Assembly (NCBI RefSeq): GCF_000698785.1
Contig: NZ_CP007536.1
Span: forward strand, 1,590,001 to 1,622,000
Origin: Nitrososphaera viennensis EN76
GTDB lineage: Archaea; Thermoproteota; Nitrososphaeria; Nitrososphaerales; Nitrososphaeraceae
DNA: 32,000 bases
Direction: 5' to 3'
A program made the position numbers and the translations under genes. Below, piece by piece: positions 7,478 through 13,924 of this stretch (its first letter is position 1; each line of letters opens with the position of its first letter). The notes beneath the pieces were generated by a model, which saw nothing but the letters and a program-made list of their open reading frames with translations, was not told the DNA's origin and made no database searches.

Positions 7478-9013
7478 TCATTGTTGTTGTTGCCGCGTGA
7501 CGTTGACCGGGACGTATACCCAGGTTTGTTTTCCCTCGATGTCAGTCGCCTTGGCAATGATGTCGATGGCTCCGGGCGTTGACGGCATCTGGACGATTTT
7601 CGTCCAGTCCTCAAAGTCGTTGTCAGTAGACGCGACGCGGTACGAGGAATCCGTTGTCCGCACCTCCACCGACTCTATCCCCGTGTCGTCAAATGCCCTG
7701 CCGGTGACTGTGACCTTTGCGTCTGTCGCAAACGACGATCCGGCGGTCGGAGTCAGGACGCTTTCATACGGCTTTGACTTGTCGGGTATGGTCGAGAGGT
7801 CCGGGTGGTTATCCTCAAGTGCCTGCTGGAAGCCTGCAAAGGAGAACCCCGCATCCCTGGCAGCCGTGATAAACTGCTCCAGCCGGAGCATCGCCACAGG
7901 GTTCACCTCATTCTGCACCTCTGTGCCGTTGTACTGCGTAAAGTCCTGCGGGTGGAGGGTGAGGACTGCGTATCCCTTGTCCCGTATGTCCGTGCTGACG
8001 GCAGAAACAAGGTCGTCAAGGGGGCGGAGAACCCTCACTTCCCCGACCTGCTCTGCAAAATTTATCGTCTGCGGCATATGCTTGACATTGGGATAGAGTG
8101 GCGATTCCCTTGGGGCTGCAGGGAAAAGGTCTGTGTCGTCAGAGCTTATGATCGTCATCCCGATCTGGTCCATGGCGTTTAGCGTGTCCTCGTTAAAGTT
8201 GTTGTAGGGCGCGACAAAGATGTTTGAATCCTTGCCAAGGACGTCTACAAGCTTGGCCTTGGCCTGCACAAGCGTGCTTTTCTGCTCTTCAGGGGAAAGG
8301 GTCGCATAGTCGACGTGCTTCCAGCCGTGGACCGAATATTCGAACAACCCTGCGTCTGCGCCTTCACGGACCTTTGACACTATTGCAGGGTCGTTGCCGA
8401 AATCATGCATTATGATTGCGGTGGACGTATGGACCTGGTTGGAGATCAAGCGGTTCATGAGGGCAAGCTGCACGTCTCTGACCCAGTCATCCTGCACGTC
8501 ATCCAGGCGCATTACGATGCAATTGCAGCGGTCGTCATCACCATTATTATCATCATCACCATCACCGTTGCCGCCGTTGCTGTTGCTGTTGTGGTCTCCA
8601 TTTCTTCTGTTGCCATCGTCATTGTCTCTTTCGCCCCTGTCATCGCTATCGCCGCCACGCCTGCTGGCATCGTCATCATTATTATTATCATTGCCACCAT
8701 CCCTGCCGCCGTTATTGTTACTGTCATCGTCATCATCATTATGATTTATCCTGACTATGTCGGCTATTGAATCAAGCGTGCTGCCAACGACTGCATGCAC
8801 GGCATCGCCGGCTCCATTGAGGGCTTTGTCGACGGGCCGCTGTGCAAACGCGCTTGGCATGGCCGCGCTCATGGCGATCACGGCAAACGTTGCAAAGGCA
8901 AGCAGGCGGCGGGAGCCAAGAGTACGCAAAGAAGGAGAAAGAGAAGAAGGATGCATCAGCGTCCTTGACAGGCGTGTAAGGGCCAGGCTGCCAAAAATAG
9001 ATCTAGGTGACAT
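7478..9013 (-). CDS. Secreted polysaccharide deacetylase (CE4/NodB domain) with an N-terminal acidic D/N/G/R module and a C-terminal Ig-like domain
   Basis: Signal-like LLAFATFAVIAMSAAMPSAFA. NodB-type motifs RLDDVQDDW, SVHGWKHVDY, FVAPYNNF. C-terminal VEVRTTDSSYRV...AKATDIEGKQTWVYVPVNV. Ends RQQQQ. Confidence 0.8.
   Translation of the reverse strand: MSPRSIFGSLALTRLSRTLMHPSSLSPSLRTLGSRRLLAFATFAVIAMSAAMPSAFAQRPVDKALNGAGDAVHAVVGSTLDSIADIVRINHNDDDDDSNNNGGRDGGNDNNNDDDASRRGGDSDDRGERDNDDGNRRNGDHNSNSNGGNGDGDDDNNGDDDRCNCIVMRLDDVQDDWVRDVQLALMNRLISNQVHTSTAIIMHDFGNDPAIVSKVREGADAGLFEYSVHGWKHVDYATLSPEEQKSTLVQAKAKLVDVLGKDSNIFVAPYNNFNEDTLNAMDQIGMTIISSDDTDLFPAAPRESPLYPNVKHMPQTINFAEQVGEVRVLRPLDDLVSAVSTDIRDKGYAVLTLHPQDFTQYNGTEVQNEVNPVAMLRLEQFITAARDAGFSFAGFQQALEDNHPDLSTIPDKSKPYESVLTPTAGSSFATDAKVTVTGRAFDDTGIESVEVRTTDSSYRVASTDNDFEDWTKIVQMPSTPGAIDIIAKATDIEGKQTWVYVPVNVTRQQQQ
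8528..8746 (-). repeat. Coding low-complexity acidic module (Asp/Asn/Gly/Arg)
   Basis: aa 90-162 of the deacetylase: NHNDDDDDSNNNGGRDGGNDNNNDDDASRRGGDSDDRGERDNDDGNRRNGDHNSNSNGGNGDGDDDNNGDDD. Confidence 0.8.
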
Positions 9014-9020
9014 CGTTTCC

Positions 9021-9035
9021 TGCTCTTATAATAAG
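9021..9035 (-). promoter_or_regulatory. TATA-like palindrome just upstream of the deacetylase start
   Basis: ctcttataataagag (7+1+7 palindrome) is centred about 15 nt upstream of the ATG at 9013. Consistent with a short-leader or leaderless archaeal promoter. Confidence 0.35.
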
Positions 9036-9168
9036 AGCGGGGATAACTGCGTATTGTTCATCAAAAATGAAATTATAAGAAAAGTTTTCCACTCCTGACT
9101 CTAGTAGAATTTCATATAGATCTGGGAAAAATCTTATCTATGTCCCGGAAAGCCGAAATCACGGTATC

Positions 9169-9522
9169 ATGCAGCAAAAGGAGGTATGCCATGCAATAGC
9201 CAGGCTGCATGAAAACGTCCTCGCAGTGTTTCTTGTACAGGACGGGGCGATAGTGGAATGGAAGGTCCGGCCCGGCACAAGGCTGCCCGGGCCGCACGAA
9301 ATGGAAGGCGTGATGATGCAGAGGCTCATCATGATGTCGCTTGCAAAAAACCACGAAACGTTTCTTGGCAGGCTGCACTACGTCACGGGCCGCTATGACG
9401 ATTCGGACATCCTGCTGTTTGACCACGGCAGGGACGCAAAGTCCTTGCTCGTGGTGAGGGTAAGGAGGCCTTACAGGATGGAGGCGCTTGCAAGAAAGGT
9501 GGCCGGCATCCTGGCGGCCTAG
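9169..9522 (+). CDS. Roadblock/LC7-like small protein (intact paralogue of 1311-1711)
   Basis: 117-aa ORF, MQQKEVCHAIARLHENVLAVFLVQDGAIVEW...GRLHYVTGRYDDSDILLF.... More protein-like than the overlapping minus-strand ORF 9112-9426. Family assignment is tentative. Confidence 0.55.
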   Translation: MQQKEVCHAIARLHENVLAVFLVQDGAIVEWKVRPGTRLPGPHEMEGVMMQRLIMMSLAKNHETFLGRLHYVTGRYDDSDILLFDHGRDAKSLLVVRVRRPYRMEALARKVAGILAA

Positions 9523-9556
9523 GAAGAAAAAGGAGAACCTACAATAACCCCATCAG

Positions 9557-10372
9557 GTGCACAAAGTCCTGTTGACCAACAACCCCGTGGCAGTTTTCGA
9601 CTCGGGCATAGGCTCGCTTTCCATAATACGCGAGCTGAAAAAAGCGGTGCCTGCCGAGGACCTGCTGTACTTTGCCGACAGGGCGCACTTTCCCTACGGG
9701 AACAAGTCGCACCAGCAGCTCCTGGAGATAACGGTCAGCACGATAAACTACCTGAAACGCTACAAGCCCAAGCTCGTCGTCATGGCGTCAAACACCCCGA
9801 GCGTGCAGGTGCTCGAAGAAGTCAAAAAGAGGGTCGGCGAGATGCCGATAATCGGCGTGCGGCCGCCCCTCAAGGAGGCCGTGCGGCTGACCAAGAAAAA
9901 GCACATCGGGATCATGGCCACCGCCGGGACCATAAACAGCAAGGAGCTTGAGAACCAGATAAGGCGCGAGGTGCCTCAGCACATACTTGTAACAAAGTTC
10001 AACGCGTCTCCCATAATAGAGCTCGTGGAAAGCGGCGTGCACCTTGAAAACGAGCGCAGGACGTTTGACGTGGTGTCGAGGGTGCTTGGCGACGGCGTGG
10101 ACGAAAAGATCGATGTCATGACCCTGTCGAGCACGCACCTGCCGTTTGTGAAAAGCTACCTCAACGCGCTCCTGCCCACAGTCAGGTTCGTCGACCCCGC
10201 CCAGATGGTCGCAAAAGACGTGAGAAAGTTCCTGAACTTTTACAGGATGGCCAAAAAAAGCGGCAGCGGCAAATTGCAGATCCTCGTCTCGGACGGCAAG
10301 CGCGAGTTTGAAAAGTCCATCCGCGCCATGGGGGTGCGGGAGCCCGTGGAAGAAGTGTTTTTGACGTTTTAA
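9557..10372 (+). CDS. murI: Glutamate-racemase-like protein (Asp/Glu racemase fold) with Ser in place of both catalytic Cys
   Basis: VFDSGIGSLSI, YFADRAHFPYGNKS, then VVMASNTPS where MurI has ACNTAS, and LSSTHLPF where MurI has GCTHxP. GTG start. Confidence 0.75.
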   Translation: MHKVLLTNNPVAVFDSGIGSLSIIRELKKAVPAEDLLYFADRAHFPYGNKSHQQLLEITVSTINYLKRYKPKLVVMASNTPSVQVLEEVKKRVGEMPIIGVRPPLKEAVRLTKKKHIGIMATAGTINSKELENQIRREVPQHILVTKFNASPIIELVESGVHLENERRTFDVVSRVLGDGVDEKIDVMTLSSTHLPFVKSYLNALLPTVRFVDPAQMVAKDVRKFLNFYRMAKKSGSGKLQILVSDGKREFEKSIRAMGVREPVEEVFLTF

Positions 10373-10593
10373 CCAACAGGATAGAGCGTTTGAACGGAAC
10401 GTTGCGTGAAAGAGTAAAGGTACAGCGCGGCCGGAAAACTGTAAGGACGTCGTTGGCCGAAGGTAACAGGATACAGTACAACTTTGTCAAGCCACACATG
10501 GCTTTGGGCGGGCAGACACCCGCGCAGGTAGCAGGCTTAGATGTCAAAGGATGGAAGGAATTGCTAGAGCGGGCAATACTTGAGAAGTCATGA
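10372..10593 (+). mobile_element. 3' fragment of a DDE/rve-type transposase gene (IS remnant)
   Basis: TNRIERLNGTLRERVKVQRGRKT...NRIQYNFVKPHMALGGQTPAQVAG. Only the C-terminal ~74 aa are present. Homology begins at the stop codon of the murI-like gene. Confidence 0.65.
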
Positions 10594-10989
10594 GCTGCCT
10601 TTTTTCTTGTAGTAATCTAAAAGATAAGCGACATCTCGCATTTCTTTGTCGAGATGTTTTAGTTCAAAATTCGCAATATCTTGCTGTCCGCCAAAAAGAT
10701 TGTTGGAGAGTGCTTTCTTACTGGATTCTAGGTCTTTATGATAAACCGCCAGCGCATTGCAGATCAACCCTAAGTTGTATCGGATGAGGTTTTCTGCCGT
10801 TTTATCGATAAACTTCTGTCTTAGTTGGTTACATCGATCTGCATGTGCATCTAGGTCTTTAATCATCACTCCGTTACCGATTTTGACCAATTCATCAGTC
10901 TTTAGACTTTCTAGGCGCTTTGCGAGATGCCCCAAAGCGCGGGCAATTATATCATAATCTGAATCGCCTTCGTCAGACAACCAAATCAT
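10588..10989 (-). CDS. Hypothetical helical protein (133 aa) between the two IS fragments
   Basis: AT-richer ORF, MIWLSDEGDSDYDIIARALGHLAKRLESLK.... No motif recognised. Confidence 0.5.
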   Translation of the reverse strand: MIWLSDEGDSDYDIIARALGHLAKRLESLKTDELVKIGNGVMIKDLDAHADRCNQLRQKFIDKTAENLIRYNLGLICNALAVYHKDLESSKKALSNNLFGGQQDIANFELKHLDKEMRDVAYLLDYYKKKGSS

Positions 10990-11053
10990 GGTAAATACTC
11001 CTGTAAGAAATATCTTTTGTCTTTACCAACCAGCTTGCAACAACCAAAACGAA

Positions 11054-11389
11054 CACCTAGGGAATTCAACGGAACCAATATTTTCGTTGAGGGCGTACAG
11101 CTCTGGTGTAAACGTATTCCAGAATGCCAAGCGCGTTGAGAATTGCGGGATTGCCAAGCGTCAAACAAACAACAGGATTGAGCGCATGAACGGCACTCTG
11201 CGTGAAAGGGTAAAGGTACAGCGCGGCTGGAAAACTATCAAAACGCCGCTTGCAGAAGGCAACAGGATTCAGTACAATTTCGTAAAGCCACACATGGCAA
11301 TAGATGGAAAAACGCCAGCTCAAGCAGCGGGTATCGGAACGGAAGGAAAAGACAAGTGGATGGAGTTGATCAGAAATGCGAAAAAGTAG
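11054..11389 (+). mobile_element. Second, longer 3' fragment of the same transposase family
   Basis: ...NSTEPIFSLRAYSSGVNVFQNAKRVENCGIAKRQTNNRIERMNGTLRERVKVQRGWKT...NRIQYNFVKPHMAIDGKTPAQAAG. No N-terminal catalytic region (ORF 10988-11389). Confidence 0.65.
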
Positions 11390-11422
11390 TTCTTTTAATA
11401 GAACTAGGATAATACCTCCCCC

Positions 11423-11920
11423 GTGGCAATAGAACTGCTATCACATTTTTGGATAGTTTTGCCCATCTTCTTTGTTCTTAGGATGCTCGTTCCAATATTT
11501 GATAAAGGTATGCGAGACTCTCCGAATCAATCTGAAATAAAGACATTTTCCGAATATCGAGTACATAACATCACATTAGCTACATTCAGCATTGTTGCAA
11601 TTGCCTTGATTCTAGGGTTTAATCCTGAAAATATCTCGAAGCATGTGGATGAGTTATTTTTTCTGTCAATCAGTATGTTCTGCTTTTTCGTTGCATCTTA
11701 CTTGCTGGTTATCCGACCGAATAGGTGGATACCATTTGCAGGACGTACGTTCGAGTATACAGGGTTACTTGCAATAGCCATAGGATTTGTCTATCTAATA
11801 TCAAATACGATTCCTGACGATAGACTGGTCTATTCCTACATTGTCTTTTTTATAGGTACACTGGCTATTGCAATATTCGATCTATCTGTTAATATACATG
11901 CCCGTTATTTCCAAAAATAA
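11423..11920 (+). CDS. Polytopic membrane protein (165 aa, about 4-5 TM helices)
   Basis: AT-rich ORF with repeated hydrophobic spans (HFWIVLPIFFVL, ATFSIVAIALILGF, LFFLSISMFCFFVASYLLVI, GLLAIAIGFVYLI, IVFFIGTLAIAIF). GTG start. Confidence 0.6.
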   Translation: MAIELLSHFWIVLPIFFVLRMLVPIFDKGMRDSPNQSEIKTFSEYRVHNITLATFSIVAIALILGFNPENISKHVDELFFLSISMFCFFVASYLLVIRPNRWIPFAGRTFEYTGLLAIAIGFVYLISNTIPDDRLVYSYIVFFIGTLAIAIFDLSVNIHARYFQK

Positions 11921-12045
11921 TGGTGTCATTTGCCAGCGCCTCTGTAGAACGCTGTGAAATATGCGGGAAGCGTCTGATAGATGGTCGCTGCTTCAATACG
12001 CTCTGTGGCACTAACCAGAAAGTGGTAAAAGATGGAAAAGAATGA
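11920..12045 (+). CDS. Zinc-ribbon micro-protein 1 (41 aa)
   Basis: The ATG overlaps the stop of the membrane-protein gene (TAATG). MVSFASASVERCEICGKRLIDGRCFNTLCGTNQKVVKDGKE has a CxxCGxRxxDGRCFNxxC motif. Below the 60-aa ORF track threshold. Confidence 0.4.
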   Translation: MVSFASASVERCEICGKRLIDGRCFNTLCGTNQKVVKDGKE

Positions 12046-12130
12046 ATCTGTCGATCCATGTCCGCATTGTGGAGGCCGAACGGTTGATGGCAGATGCTTT
12101 AACCCACGATGCCCATCAAACAAGAAATAA
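12032..12130 (+). CDS. Zinc-ribbon micro-protein 2 (32 aa), paralogue of 11920-12045
   Basis: MEKNESVDPCPHCGGRTVDGRCFNPRCPSNKK has the same CxxCGxRxxDGRCFNxxC spacing. Its start overlaps the end of micro-ORF 1 by 14 nt in another frame. Confidence 0.4.
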   Translation: MEKNESVDPCPHCGGRTVDGRCFNPRCPSNKK

Positions 12131-12145
12131 TGCCACCCGAAATTC

Positions 12146-12195
12146 AACACCCAAACGCGACACCCATAGATTCAACGGAACCAATATTTTGGTAG
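12146..12195 (+). repeat. Third short piece of the transposase gene (direct repeat of 11041-11084)
   Basis: attcaacggaaccaatatttt occurs identically at 11064-11084 and 12170-12190, with imperfect similarity extending about 25 nt upstream. It would encode ..DSTEPIF... Confidence 0.5.
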
Positions 12196-12753
12196 GTTAA
12201 GGCAAAATTAATCCAAGCGTCCACAAAGTTGACTATTGCTTTCATTAAACGACATGGCAAGCAAGGGATGCGAAACGAAAGCCCAGAACCTCGGCCAGCA
12301 AGACGCAGATATAATGAGGGAAAAATAATTGCGGAAGCAAGAGAGGGAGAAAGACGCAGGTGACGCAGGAAGCAACGAAAACAGAAGAAAAGAGCGGGGA
12401 GGGAGATAACGACAAATCTGGCTATGCGGGCGGCACGGGCCGGCGCTCTCGCACAATGGTGCGAGGAAGGAGAAGCTGGCCAGTTGCAACCGTGCTGCCT
12501 GCGAGGGATGGAGGATGCTTTCAGTCGTGCTGTTGATAGCAGCTAAAGCGTGACGACGTGAATCGAGAAAACTAGCAAAAAAGGTGCGCCGGCCCGCATG
12601 ACGTGCATTGGGCGGGCCGTGCAAGCATCTGACCATCGTTAACAATTGTATGGCCCAGTCCTCCTGAATATTGAAATATAGATGCACAGAATTCCACAGG
12701 TGTACATACAGATGGGCCTGAGCAAGGATTTTGACAGGGGAGGGAGAGCGGTT

Positions 12754-13533
12754 ATGGACACACTGCTCCACGCAAGCCGCATCTATTCCTACTATGAGCG
12801 CAGGCTGGAGAACGAGATATTGAGCCAGCCCCTGCCAAACCACGTCGCCATAATCCTGGACGGCAACAGGAGGTGGGCCCGCTACCATTTCCTTGACACA
12901 GAAATGGGCCACGCCTACGGAGCGGACAGGGCCGAGGACCTGCTCAACTGGATACACGACATCGGCGTCAGGATAACCACTCTTTACATCCTTTCAAACG
13001 AGAACCTGGAGCGAAACGACGAGGAGCTCGAGAACATCTACAGGCTGCTTGAGGTCAAGCTGAACAGGCTGTACAACGACGAGAGGGTGCACAGGCGCCA
13101 GATGAAGATAAAGGCCATTGGCGACAAGCACAGGCTCCCCCGCAACCTGCAGGAGATACTTGGCAAGCTCGAGGAGGCGACTGCCGAGTACGAAAAGATG
13201 TTTCTCAACATCGCAGTCGCGTACGGCGGCCAGAAGGAGCTCGTGGATGCCGTGAAAAAGATTGCAGGCATGGCCAAGAACAACGAGATAAAGATAGAGG
13301 ACATCAACGAGAAAACGATAGAGGCGTGCCTCTACACGTCGCACCTGCCCCAGTCGTCGCCAGACCTCATCCTGAGGACGTCGGGCGAGAAGCGCCTGAG
13401 CGGGTTCTTGATATGGCAGAGCGCCTACAGCGAGCTCATGTTCATGGACGTTTTCTGGCCTGAGTTCCGCAAGATAGACCTGATGCGCGCGATCAGGACG
13501 TACCAGCGCAGGGTGCGCCGGTATGGAAGGTAG
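12754..13533 (+). CDS. uppS: cis-Prenyltransferase (undecaprenyl-diphosphate synthase family)
   Basis: HVAIILDGNRRWA, YGGQKELVDA, DLILRTSGEKRLSGFLIWQSAYSELMF, and the C-terminal RRYG are all UppS hallmarks. The ORF is open from 12682; ATG at 12754 is the preferred start. Confidence 0.85.
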   Translation: MDTLLHASRIYSYYERRLENEILSQPLPNHVAIILDGNRRWARYHFLDTEMGHAYGADRAEDLLNWIHDIGVRITTLYILSNENLERNDEELENIYRLLEVKLNRLYNDERVHRRQMKIKAIGDKHRLPRNLQEILGKLEEATAEYEKMFLNIAVAYGGQKELVDAVKKIAGMAKNNEIKIEDINEKTIEACLYTSHLPQSSPDLILRTSGEKRLSGFLIWQSAYSELMFMDVFWPEFRKIDLMRAIRTYQRRVRRYGR

Positions 13534-13924
13534 AGCAAGAGCCGGAAAAATGTGCAGCTGGAAAGCAAATTTTGAGAGACTGTACACTCTCTGCGCTTGT
13601 CAGGGCAGCAGTAAAAAACACGCAAGAACCTGATTTGCGGCAACAAAAAAATTATTTCCTGCTCGCAAGAAAATATACTATGCACATCGTCGTCGTTTAT
13701 CCAGATTGTGCTGTTGTTCAAAAAAAACTCTCCCTTTTTCCAGCCATGTACATCATATCGTGTAAAGACATGTCTTACATACTACCATCATGATGAGATT
13801 TTGCATCAGATATAACGGCATGTTACGCATATCTCCCTCATATAATATTTGTAGGTAATTAGAGTGGGGCGCTCTCTTCCATAATCTCTTTAAGTTATCT
13901 TTATCCTGCTGCGCGAGGATAAGG

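Noticed and set aside
8394-8770. Plus-strand ORFs made of Ser/Leu/Pro or Ile/Val runs (also 15376-15944 on the minus strand)
   Set aside because: Alternative-frame or antisense readings of the GAT/AAT/GGC-rich low-complexity modules. These are artefacts of triplet-biased sequence.
12208-12957. 249-aa minus-strand ORF
   Set aside because: Its first third is antisense to the well-supported uppS gene. The remainder is Ser/Pro/Leu/Cys/Phe-rich nonsense-like sequence produced by reading a purine-rich strand in reverse. No motif.
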